Position numbers and translations under genes: made by a program. Positions 11,575 through 23,687 of a DNA stretch of 64,000 bases are shown here, piece after piece. Where the stretch lies: the NCBI GenBank assembly GCA_043228905.1, contig JBHGNT010000011.1:10602001-10666000 (forward strand), written 5' to 3'. Positions within the stretch are counted from its first letter, which is position 1. The number at the start of each line of letters is the position of its first letter. This DNA comes from Azolla caroliniana. Its lineage: Eukaryota > Plantae > Polypodiophyta. The notes beneath the pieces are model-generated. The model was not told the origin of the DNA, did no database searches, and was given only the letters and a program-made list of their open reading frames with translations.

Positions 11575-14500
11575 ATGGCGTGGAACGTTCTGGTTCATAA
11601 CAGCGTTGTGCAGCTCCAAGATCCCGGCCCCCCTCCTTCTTTCCTACGGTCTCAGCCGCCAGGTTCACTCCGAGATGCCCCTCAAATTTTCTTTATTTCT
11701 CAAATGCCCAAGCTTTTGTTACTTCTCTGAACGGGTTTTGGGTTTCCTTTGACACATCATGAACGTAAGAGAAAATAACGTCAGATTCGTAGGAACTTAG
11801 TTCAACATTCTTTGCGTTTTTCTAGACATAGGTATCTAAATGTCTCTGTGATATTTTTTGTATGTTTCAATCACGGAGTTCGGAAATGTTTTCTTTACTA
11901 ATCAGCAGAGTTCCCTCTTCATGCGTTAAATTGACAGGAGTGTAAAGAGAATTACTGCACAATATTGAGAGGAATTCAAGAGAATATACCACAAAATCCT
12001 ATAGAGGAGTAGGAGACGTGCCACAAATGTATAGGACTGTCTTAACGCTTGCTTAGATTGATAAATATGAATTCTTGATGGATTCCATTGTGCTGAACAG
12101 TAATGTTAAAGACAATGACAAACCTGGTTCTATCAGTTTCTCATGTACTTTCATTCTTTTTATCTTTAGAGGATATATATTTCGTGGTTATTCTGACACC
12201 ATAGCTGGTGATGTTTTGCTTCATGTTTCCTGAATGCAGCAATAAATTTTGTCATATATTTTTGGAAAAAAAATAAAAAAAATAAAATTTGTCATATGAA
12301 ATGCAGTACCCATACCCATACTCTAGGATACTGGTATAATTAAGCGATGCTCTTATAAACCTGATGGTGCACAAAGGCATTAGATCGAATCATCGTGGAG
12401 ATCATGGAAATTGATCCTCTTGCTTGCTACCATGATCCATGATGAGCAACTAATCTTTTGAATAATCTATTACACCATTTAAAAGCCTTGACAAACCCTT
12501 TTGTGGTTCTACTTAGGTATTGGCCGGGTTTGGTTTCTTGGCCTTGAAGCAAAATGATACCAAACCAAACCATTTATACATGACAAAAACCAAATCAAAC
12601 TATTCAAGAAAAAGGTGAAACCAAAGAGTTTAAAGAAAAGTTGAGACCAAACTGAACCATATAATCACATCTAAGCCAAACCATTTAAGTCAAGTTAATT
12701 AAACCATTAAACAAAAAAGATACCATTGAATTAAAAAACAATTTAAGTTTAAATAATTAGATCATTAAAAAAACCATTAATTAAACTGTCAAACTATTAG
12801 GGAAACAAAAAACCAGTAGACCATTTACCTGAGCCACTCAAACTGAAAACTGATAAACCATTAAACTTATAAACAGATAAACCCCAGTTTTGGAACCAAA
12901 CCAAATTGAAACCAAACCAAATTGAACCAAACTATTTAGTGATATTTGAAACAAAATGAAACTGTTTAATTATATTCAAACCAATAAACCGTTAAGCCAT
13001 GGCTTAATGGTTTGGTCTGGTTGAGACGATAAACCATTTAGCCAAATCAGGGCCTGTAGCTAATTCTACTCTAAGCATTACCTCGTCTGCATTCCTTAGA
13101 GGATGGGCTACTATGTCCCCTTTCCTGGGTATAAAAGCTCGCGAATAAATATGGAATATTAGAAAGAGTGGACATCCTTGTTTTAACTGAGTTCATTAAT
13201 ATTTCCTCATGGTGCAGGTGTCTATACAACAACAAGAACTACAAACAACACATCTTGTTTACTTCTGTGGGAAAGACATGTTGAACGATTGGCTCAGTCA
13301 ATTAGATTGATGTCAGAAACAGTTCCTGACATGTTTCCACGGAACCAGATTAAGATTCCTCAGTTTGACAAATATCTGAAATCTATAATAGAGCCTTCTT
13401 TGAGCAAAGGATTGCAAAGAGCATTTGAAATAAGAACCTCCATGGATGAATTGACAGTAATGACATTCATTACGGGTTTGACAACAGATCTTGCAACCAA
13501 TACACGCAATGACGTAAGGTCTTTGCGCAAATTTGACTTTGTGAATGATGAATTGGGCCTATATCATTATTACTTCATGTTTGATTTGTGTGCGCCCGTG
13601 TTGTTAAAGGTCATTTGAATCCTTGATATCATACAAATGATTCTGAACTTTTAGTTTAAAGGAGTTGTTTGAAGAACTCTTTTGTGGATTGTGCATAGGG
13701 TTTATAGAAATAGATCCATGCATATCAAAGTATTTCTTTATACACAGATCAAAATTATCTTGCAATAATAAATCTGCATAGAACTGATGCTATAGTGGTG
13801 TGAAGGAATCCATTCTATGCTTGTGAACTATTCCGAGTATGATGCCAAATCATACTATGAACAATGTACATGAACCACTTGAGCGTGCTGCTTAAAGTTG
13901 TTTACTTTTTGAGTGTTTTTCTCTAAGAATTATCCTGATATTAGCGAAACAAAAATTGGTCTTCTCTGACAACTAGTGAAGGTCGATAGTATCTTGGCAT
14001 ATATGCTAGCATGGACTTTGGGAAGAAAAGCATCTGGAAAACATGGCTAATGAGAAGAGGGTAAATGTGCATGTAGAACTAGTGAAAACAGTATCATTTT
14101 ATATTTTTAATATGAATGACCAGAAGAGATTTTGCATGTCTGTTTTTGTCATTTCCAATATTTCTGTTCTTTAAACTATTTCATTGTGCTTATAGAGGTA
14201 CTGCATATATGTTGCAGGAATATGGAGGGTTTGAGGTTTATGTGCATGTCTCTAGATGTAAATCCGTGTGTCCAGAAACTGTTGGTCACTTGGCTATCAT
14301 GGGTCCTGGACGAATGGTTCCGAATGTGAAACATTCAGAATGGGTAAAGTAAGTAAAAAAAACAACTATGTTCTTTTGAAAGCCAATTTACTTGATTGGG
14401 TGTGTAGCTTTTGAGTGTATGATATCAATATATTCTTCAGGACTCGTAAGGTACTTGAGATGTTACAACCAAAAGATGCTACGGAGACTCTCTTATCGAA

Positions 14501-15757
14501 TGATGGCGATTCTGTTCTAGAGGGCTTGACCACAAACTTCTTTGTAGTACTTCCAAGTGTACGCAATTTTTGGGCTATATACCAATTCATATTGTACCTA
14601 TTTCATTTCATTTCTTTGTGTATGTGTATCCAATATCAATATTATTTGTTCTTAGTGAGAAACTCTCTCTGAACCGAGACTCTCGATTATTTCAGAAGGA
14701 AGACATTGTTACTGACAGAAAGGGCACAGTTAATGAGAAGACGTGGGAGAATATAATATTGCAGACAGCTCCTCTGGAAGGAGTTTTACCCGGGGTCATC
14801 CGAAAGCTCATTTTAGAGTAATTCACGTGGATCAAGATTTTGTCACTTTTGTATTCAGTAGATTTTCGACTTAGTCAAGAAAGAGTAATGTGCATGCATA
14901 TTCTTTCATTCATTCATGTCATCTAAGGAGTGTTGATCAAATGTTCTGGGTACGATTCGTTTTTAGAATTTGTGAAGAGCAAGGAATCATGTATAAAGAA
15001 GCTGCGCCATCATGGAAAGATCGTTGCTCCTGGCTGGAAGCATTTACTTCGAGTAGGAATTAAGATTCTAAAGATAGAAATCTTCATTATTAAAAAAATT
15101 ATTTCTTTAATGCGAGTTTATAATTCGATGAAACATACACATATACATATATTGGAACAGATGGTGTTCGCTTGATCCAACCAGTTGGTTCTATTCGATG
15201 TCCCATTCCTTGGAATTTAACAACAAACCCGCAGGATTGGAAGGATAAATCATGGGAATATCTGGAGTTTGAGGTATTTATATACAGTTTTCTTTCAATT
15301 ATTCCATGATTTTGTCTTTTGTATCTTTTGTATGCGTGTATATAGTTTCTCCTATGGAGTAATTACATAGCTCATTTTTTTGCAAATGCTTTGGCATGTC
15401 TGGTGGCCTAATAATTAAGTCTTAATGAAAAAGCATTAAAAGACATAGGATCGAAAAGTAAATGACCCAAGTTAAGCCAGTACGTGGTTTTTTTTATTGG
15501 GGGTGTTTTCTTCATCTCTTCGGTAAAATTTCTCTTGCTTTTTTCACAGGCACCACCTGGGAACCTTACGCAGTTTCTCCAGGCATGTACCATACATTTC
15601 TATTTGTGAATGATGTTTTGAATAGAAATATATGAAGATGTGTATGTTGACCCTCTGTTTTATGTTTTCCGTTTTATTGTTATTTATCCAGGAACATATC
15701 CGAAAGAAAGAGAGGATCCATAGTGTTCTAGTTGAGTCCTTGTTTGGATCGTCGTAA
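11575..15757 (+). CDS. PLP-dependent class IV (D-amino acid aminotransferase-like) protein resembling Arabidopsis At3g54970; 9 exons, 350 aa
   Basis: Exons are 11575-11662, 13218-13513, 14218-14348, 14441-14558, 14696-14817, 14967-15052, 15161-15273, 15550-15582 and 15692-15757. They sum to 1053 nt with consistent phases. Introns are GT-AG except the GC donor at 15583. The product contains GVYTTTRT, LWERHVERL, NVKHSEW (putative PLP Lys), LLSNDGDSVLEGLTTNFFVV, QTAPLEGVLPGVIRKLILE and APSW..R..W.EAF. The family assignment is from recall of these motifs, not from a search. Confidence 0.9.
12514..13056. mobile_element. AAACCA/TGGTTT-rich non-autonomous DNA-transposon-like (MITE/hAT-like) insertion in intron 1
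   Basis: Dense aaacca/aaaccaaacc motifs, with tggttt arms near both ends and a near-perfect palindrome AAACCGTTAAGCCATGGCTTAATGGTTT at 12986-13013. TIRs and TSD are not cleanly resolved. Confidence 0.45.
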
Positions 15758-16589
15758 CCCAATTATTTTCCAATGTTCCTCTTCTTCACACAATGTGTAG
15801 ACAAGGTTATAAAAGGACCTAAATTTTAGGTCATAGACTTGTATCTTAGTACAAAATATTTCTAATTAGATGGTCACTTGATCAGTCATTCCATTTCTTA
15901 AGCGCATGAACGTAAATGAGTTGTGGATCCTGGAATATAGGTATAAATTATATGTATACCTCATAAAATATACTTGCATATTTGCTGTCTTCAAGGGTTC
16001 AAGAAGGAAGTTGTATTTGATTATTTTGATTCTTTCTCCCTTTTCCCTTGAAATTTGCATTTCTGGATAATGACCTTGATATTTCCATTTACTATTGAAA
16101 TTTGTCCCATGTATCCCATCAAATACTAAAATGGAGTCATTGATGGCACATCTTCTACAAGCTTGATCTACAGTGTGCATTGGTAGGGCCCCACAACTTA
16201 CACCACATCACAACTTGATCTTGAAAAGAGGGATGATCGTTGGGTGATTGGCCATGTATGCAGTGGCATTTGCATCCTCTACCATCAATCATGTGTATGC
16301 CCTCGATGTGAAGAGGTGTCCAATAGTGAGATCAAAGCGGCCCTAGAGAGTCGTCGATAACGTGATTCTTTTGTCTTGCCCTAGGGGAAGTTGAAGTGTT
16401 GTCAATTACGGTTGATTTGGGCCATGTGCAGCCATGAGGGATGCAAGAGAAGTGGGTAGCCCTCACTTCAGTCCACAGGAGAACGATGAATGTAATGTGA
16501 AAAGATTAACCCTGTGGTATCCACCATGCGGCCTGTTTGGAGATGTCAGGGCATTGGTAGATGGCCTCACTAATCACGTTGATGAGGAG

Positions 16590-16780
16590 CATCACCGGAG
16601 TTAGAGTTCCTCACAGCTAAATTTGTAGCACTAGAGCAAGAGAATCAGCGACTTCTTGGGGACTTTGCAACAACTGAGTGTTGAGAAGCAACAACATGAG
16701 GCCTGAAAGCCCTCCATAAATGGAACCATAGATTTGTCTCCGTGTGAAACTTGATGCGGTACTCAAATTTGAGGAGTGAA
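16590..16780 (+). pseudogene. gag N-terminal fragment of the A/B chromovirus family
   Basis: Reads AKFVALEQENQRLLGD..QQLSVEKQQH, matching element A gag (EKFLALEQENQRLLGDLQQISLEKQQ). Confidence 0.75.
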
Positions 16781-18059
16781 TGAGTGTCGAGAAGCATGCT
16801 TGGTTTGCCCTGCAATGTTCTAGTATAAGAGAACCATCAGCACTCTTGTCGAGTTTGCGATATTGGCTCCATTACCGTGGAATAAAGGCAGCATTTGGTG
16901 AGCTTCCTGTAACAAGAATGCACACATGTGCCTTTATTACGTAAGCTGATTTTCGACTATTATAATGATTGATTATGATTAGTAGTATTGATTCTTTCAT
17001 TTTTGTGCCAGTCATTCATCGAGATGATGACGTTATAGTTTATCAATGAAGTCAGATTGACGAATCAGGGGATATATCTGTGATGTACTACTGCTGGCTT
17101 TCTTTCTTTCTTCGCCCTCTCTCCTGCCCTGATTTGAAGATATATGGATGGGGGATTGTGTATCGATCTATCTATATGGTTTCTAGTCACAAATTTATAG
17201 GTATTTCTCTTGAGGAATCCATGGCACTTCATTAGCTGACAACTTTAGACTTGTTTCTTCGCCATATTGACCTGTTCTCGCAACTTTATTTTGAATACTT
17301 TCAGTCTTTGGAGAAGTAGACTAGTATTTCCATTGAAGGAGACCTCTCCAAACATCGTAATAGCCATGAACGCTGTAGATCAATGCCTCAGAAATACGTT
17401 CTGTTGTTTTGTGTGAGTTCCAGTGTTCTTTTGTCTGTATCTGGCCGATAAACAGGGATTTGAATTTTGAACATTTGAAAGAAGCACAGATGATCCGAAC
17501 AATACTGAATAACTATGAAATTTCCATAAAAAAATTTGGTCTACATAAAAAGTCTGAGAATAATAATCACTGGTCATCGTAAGAATCGATGGCAGTCTGA
17601 GAGTCTAAAAAAACACACTCCTTTGACTGGGCTATTACAATTACTGCAGAAATCAACATAATATAGATCATCCATCCTCAAGCTGGACATCTTCAGCGTT
17701 CTCATCTGTTACATACATCAAAATATAGTGCTGAACAGTATTTGGTTCCCATGAAAAAAGAAAGGCCATTTCCATTTATGCCGGACAAATCAAAATTTTC
17801 AGAAAGATCATTGGAAGCAGCTATGTGTGTGTGTGTGTGTGAAAGAAAAATTATCAGTGCTTGTTGTATTTTACATTCAAGGGCTTTATGTGTGATATTG
17901 TGTACATACACATAATACATTTGCACATAAATCATGTTTATCGTGGATTTGTACGAGTGAGCGTTTTTGGATAGGCGTAGGTTTGTGAAGTAGGGATTTT
18001 ACTTGTGAATGGAATTTATTAGTAGAGGAAGGGTATTTTGGGGTATGGAATTTATTAGC

Positions 18060-18930
18060 AATTGACACGTTCGAACCTTTCGAGGGGCAATGAAGGAAAA
18101 ATGTGAGCTATAATGCGAAAGTAAATTTTTTTGCACTAGGTGCCCTTGCTAAGATAAGTTTAGGTGCATGCTAAAAGGAAAGGAAGTTGGTGCACATTTA
18201 AAGATGCACCATTATTTTTGTTTGGCAGAGGAGCTCCAAAATGCTATAAAATGAGGAAGAGAGCTCATTTTCAAGAATGGGAAATTTGAGAGAGATGCCC
18301 AAGCTTGGTCATTGAATGGATTGTTGCAAGATATGGAATCACGAGGGCATGTAGGAGACCTACTACGACAAGAGGTCGCGTGGCCATCGATTGTAGACTC
18401 ACAACACCAAAACTTGAGGATAATCTTCTCTCGACACTCTTATGGCCTCTTTACTTCTTGATCTTAATCACTCATACATTATGTAACAACGTGATCTTAT
18501 TGTAAAAACAGTTATATCTCGATCCCAAGTTTTTAGGTGTTATTGTAAATGGTGTTGATTGTTAGCGCGTACAATTATATTGTTCATGGCTACAAATTCC
18601 TAGATTATATATCAAAACTCATGTAAAAACAAAGTTATAATTTTCACTCCCTTTGAATCGTCATTGATTAAGACTCATACCAGAAAATTTGATCACTTAT
18701 TGTGAATCTACACACTAAATTTCCTCTATTTTAGCAAAATACATATTCTTGATCAACAAATCTAAGTGCTCATTTTGGCCCATAGACACATACACACAGA
18801 TAGCTACATTGGGAAGATTGATCTTAAGCCTCCGGAGGAAGATGGGCACCAATATTTAGTAACAATTACGAGGATTCTAAAATCATCAACTTGATCACTA
18901 AACGTATCTTCCTTGGTTCAAGTCCCAGAT
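18060..18930. repeat. Decayed LTR-like repeat related to 54700-55605 and 56900-57700
   Basis: Shared blocks: aatcatcaactt..cttcc(t/c)tggtt(c/t)a at ~18880 and ~55556, and aaact(t/c)(g/a)agga at ~18410, ~54832 and ~57370. Ends are approximate. Confidence 0.4.
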
Positions 18931-21583
18931 GCTTCGGTGCATATTTGAAGCCCTTAACTTCGCAATAGTGTGTATAGGGGACGAAAGTGTTTGGAACTGA
19001 TATATTAAGATTCTGATGAAATAAGTGTTGGCCTAACCAGTGTAAACAATAAATAACAAGGATGAGTTGAATCAATCCCAAGAGTTAGCTCAACTAGCAA
19101 ACTGTTGGGATGATAAGTTGTATGTGTTATGATTTCCACTCAGACGGAAGTTACAAATAAGCTTAGACACGAACATAAATAAAACAAGTAGCACACAATT
19201 TATGTGGAAAACTCTGATTTCAAGGAAAAACCATGGGAACAAAAATTTCCACTATGAGATAAGATGAAATACAATCACAGAATGATAGAACCTGATTTGG
19301 TATGGTTGTACTTTGAAACCACAATTTCAGCTGAGTGCACCAAACCCTAACTCGTAGGTATCTATCTCTTTCGAAGCCTTCTTAGCTTCTTGATTTGTCT
19401 TTTTCTTTTCTTTCTATTACACTCTTCTTCCTTTGTTTCCTCTCATGCTCAGCTTTTGAGCTATGGCACTCACACAACCATTACTATGTTAGCTCTATAC
19501 ATATATATATATAAATATCGATACATATATATGAATACATATATGTATATATGTATATGTTTGTTCGAACTTCTATTTAGCCGAATCCCATTTCTGCTTT
19601 CTTACCGATTTCGACCATCCGACTCTCAAGTCAGCTTTCCGGCCAACTCCCCCACAAGGAGGGACAACCTTACATAACAAACTCCCCCTTCAGTCCTGTA
19701 GGGGGAGAGTAAACCAAACCAGTCTTTTGCCGGCACGCAACAAGTTTTTCCATAGACAAGACTTTAGTGAGCATGTCTGATCCATTTTCGTTAGTATGGA
19801 TCTTCGCTAAGACACTCATTTTCTTCCACTCTCTCTCGCAACCAATGATACCTTCTTTGAATGTGGTTTGTACGAGAGTGCTAGGCAGCATTCTTAGCGA
19901 GATGAATAGCACTCTGATTATCACAGTGAAGTAGGAATGTTTCTTGTTTCATTCCTAGTTCACTTAGGAAATCTCTCATCCAAATCAATTCTTTTCCGGC
20001 TTCCACTGCAGCCATATACTCAGCCACTGTAGTCGACAACGCCACAACCTTTTGCAACCTTGATTGCCATGGCATAGCTCCCCCTGAATAAGTCATCACA
20101 TACCCTGATGTGGATTGGCTGGAATCAACATCACCCGACATATCAGAATCTATGAAACCTTCAAGCATAGGTTTCCCGGAGCCATATCTAAGGCACACTC
20201 AAAGTACCTATGAGGTATTTGAGTATCCATTTTACTGCTGCCCAATGTTCCTTTCCAGGATTACTCATGTAGCGACTAACTGTCCCAACAACAAATGTAA
20301 TGTCAAGCCTCGTGCAGACCATAACATACATTAGGCTCCCAACAGCAGAGGCATATGGCACCCTCCTCATCTCTGCCTTATCTTTCTCAGTTTTCGGACA
20401 TTATCTTCAATTTAACTTACAGTTCACCGACAATGGAGATCCAACAGATTTTGCATTGTGCATGTTAAACCTTTGCAAAACTTTCGTCACATAATTCTCT
20501 TGTGACAGCCATAACATGTTTTTAGTCCTATCTCGAACTATATGCATTCCCATAATCTGTTTTGCTTGTCCTAAGTCTTTCATGGCAAAAGATTTGCTCA
20601 AAGCTTTATTCAAGCTTGCAATCTTTTAGCATTCTGTCCAACAACCAACATATCATCCACATACAACAAAAGAATCAGAAAGTCACCTTCATCATACCTT
20701 TTCACAAATACGCAATGATTGGCTTGTGTTTTGTGGAATCCATGTTCCAACATGAAGGACTCAAATTTCTTATACCATTGTCGTGGCGCTTACTTCAGCC
20801 CATGCAAGCTTTTCCTCAACCTACATACGAGGTTCTCTTTTCCTTTTACCTCAAAGCCCTCCGACTGTTGCATATAGATTTCCTCTTCCAACTCACCATG
20901 CAAGAATGTTGTTTTAACATCCAACTGTTCAATTTCCAAACTCATACTGGTAGCCATACTCAAAACAGTCTGGATGGAGGTCATCTTCACTACTGGAGCA
21001 AAAAATCTCATCAAAATCAACACCCTTTGTTTGTTGGAAACCTTTCACTACAATACGGGCCATATACCTAGGTGTACTTCCATCTTTTGCAGTCTTTAGT
21101 TTGTAGACCCATTTGTTTCTGAGTGCCTTCTTTCCATCAGGCAACTCCATCAGCTCATAGGTGTGGTTCTCATGCAAGGAATCTATTTCCTTGATTTACC
21201 ATTTCTCCTTATATAGATCAGTCATGGCCTCTTCATAGCATTTTGGTTCCTCTTCATCATGCAAGAGAATATATTGACTGGCAGGATACCGAGAGGATGT
21301 CATGATATGGCAAGACTCGAACCCATGACCTTATGCTACATGGGTCGAGCTCTTGTCCATTAGACCATACATTGTAATACGTAGAATATTATTTTCATTT
21401 ATGTTTTATTATAGAAAATTGATGTATATTCCAGATTTCTCTGGAACATTCTAGAAACTTCAGGAGTACTCCTGAGAATACTATAGAAGGAGGCACAAGG
21501 CATTATTTCGAACCAAATCGGTTCAACGCCAGTCTTAAGCCTCCTAGCTACTATTGTATACTCTCTTCACATAATATATATCA

Positions 21584-21620
<37 letters not shown>

Positions 21621-21788
21621 CACTCTTTCCTTCTCTCAAGAGTTCTACATCTCTCTTAGTACTAATCCTCATCTTTTAGTACTAATTCCTTCTCTGTCTT
21701 AGTACTGATCATGACAGTTTGAACCAATTTCCCCTCTTTTGTCTCCCTCCCTTCATACTAATCTCTTATTCCTCTTTCCTCTCATCCC

Positions 21789-22939
21789 ATGGCCACTGTT
21801 AGCGCTCAAGAATATCAATATGTTTTCTCGGAGTTGCAATGCTTGAAAGAGAAGTTCCTTGCTTTGGAACAAGAAAATCAACGGTTGTTGGGGGATCTTC
21901 AACAAATCTCCTTAGAAAAGCAACAAACGCAACAACAACATGGGGAACTTGCGTTACGCGTGCAACAACTCGAAGCAACCATCGTAGCGATGCAACCACA
22001 AAGACCTGGAACACAAGGGATTCATAAAGAACCCAAGATCGGCCTTCCCATGAAATTTGATGGAACACGATCACAGTTTAGAGGGTTCCTTAATCAGGTA
22101 CGACTAGTTATTCAAATGCATCCTTCCCGATATCCCACTGATGCATCACGAGTGGGTTTAATAGGCACGTTGTTAAGTGGCTCAACGTTGGCATGGTTCA
22201 CTCCTTTGTTAGAAAAAGAATCTCCATTACTAAACAATTTTGAAGAGTTTATAAGTGAGTTTAAAGCCTATTTTGGAGATACTGATAGCATAAGGACAAC
22301 AATCAACAAAATCCGACGACTACGTCAAGGCGGTCGTCCAGCCTCCACATACGCTGTAGATTTTCGTCTACTCGCCTCCGATATCCCCTGGGATGATCAA
22401 GCGTTAATGGAGCAATTTTGTTATGTTCTACGTAACGATGTCAAAGATTTACTCTTGACCTTTCCCGAAGAACCAAATTCATTAACAGAAGCAATTAGTC
22501 GTGCAGTGAGATGCGACAATCGCCTCTTCGAACGGCGTTCGGAACGTCAATTCCAGATGCCAAGGGCAAGATCTGAGCCTACCTATGCCTCAGTGGTAGC
22601 GAAACCTTTTCCGAGGGAGTCATATAATGTGCCTCTAATAAGTACTCCAACTCTGATGGAAATTGACACTACACGTCGTCGTGGACCGCTATTGGAAGAA
22701 GAAAAGCAATGACGCCGAGCAAACCGACTATGTCTTTATTGGGTGGACCAGGGCATATTGCGGTAAATTTACCCCATAGGCCAAGAAGGCAGGTAAACCA
22801 AATAGTTGCTAGTTTTGATTGTACTAAACCTGAGTCTATTTCAGTAGGGATATCTGATAGTCCTAATAGTACTAATAGCCCAAATCTAGCGAACAAATTT
22901 GACGTCCTTAGTCAGTTAGAAGAAGAGTTAAACGACTAA
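21789..22939 (+). pseudogene. gag of chromovirus A (retrotransposon gag + CCHC remnant)
   Basis: 307-aa ORF (EPKIGLPMKFDGTRSQFRGFLNQ...) ends at a CGA->TGA-type stop at 22710. A frameshifted tail GGPGHIA...QLEEELND* follows. Confidence 0.9.
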
Positions 22940-23687
22940 GTCCAACCAAAATAGGAGCCATTTGGTTGGACAACCCTAGATCTGTGCAGCCCATTAGTGG
23001 TTCTATTCCCTCTAATCAAGTTAGCAATGTGTTCATAGCCCAAGTAATAGTTAGTACTAAAAGTACCCCTCCAGTACATGTCTTAGCACTTCTAGATTCC
23101 AGAGCTAATTCTTGCTTCATGGATAGGAACTTTGACCAAGCTCATCAGATATCAGTCAGAAAACTCTCATGTCCAACCTCTGTAGTAGTCATTGATGGTC
23201 GTCCCATTGCTGTCATGAACACATGACCATTATGGCGTCACTCGGACTTGAACCTCGAACCTTGTAATTCATACTTGAAAACCTCAACCATTAAGATAGC
23301 TTATTGTTATACGAAACAATAAAAGCTACTTCTTGTATTACATTGATTATTGTAAAAACTCTAGATTATTCTAGAATGTTCTAGAATGTCCTAGAGCATT
23401 CTAGGTCTAGAACATTCTAGAACATTCTAGAAATCTCTAAGCTATTCTATAGGAACCTATAAATAAGCGCATACATGTATTCTCAAATCAATTCAAATCA
23501 ACACCAGTCTTTAGCTCTCATTACATATCTTGTATCCATTCTCTTTCTTTCTCTATCTTAAACATACATTCTTCTCTATCCTTCTTCCATCACTCTATCT
23601 TTTATCCTTGGTTCTGACAGTTTGATTCGAATTCTTTCTCTCTCTCTCTCTCTCTCTCTTATCCTCCTTTGTAACCATCCTGAAACC

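Noticed and set aside
11264-11730. His/Pro/Glu-rich or poly-Leu/Ser ORFs
   Set aside because: These are translations of microsatellites. Only 11575-11662 is coding (exon 1).
13982-14060. Possible extra exon in intron 2 of the aminotransferase-like gene
   Set aside because: It contains an in-frame TAA in the required phase, and exons 2 and 3 join without it.
16850-17500. Exon-like segments with GTAAG/TAG sites downstream of the gene
   Set aside because: No open frame or homology could be built. It may be UTR or noncoding, and needs RNA data.
22951-22979. H-type pseudoknot between loop UAGG and downstream CCUA
   Set aside because: Only 4 bp, a 3-nt connector too short to span an 11-bp stem, and not preserved in the 10013-10057 copy.
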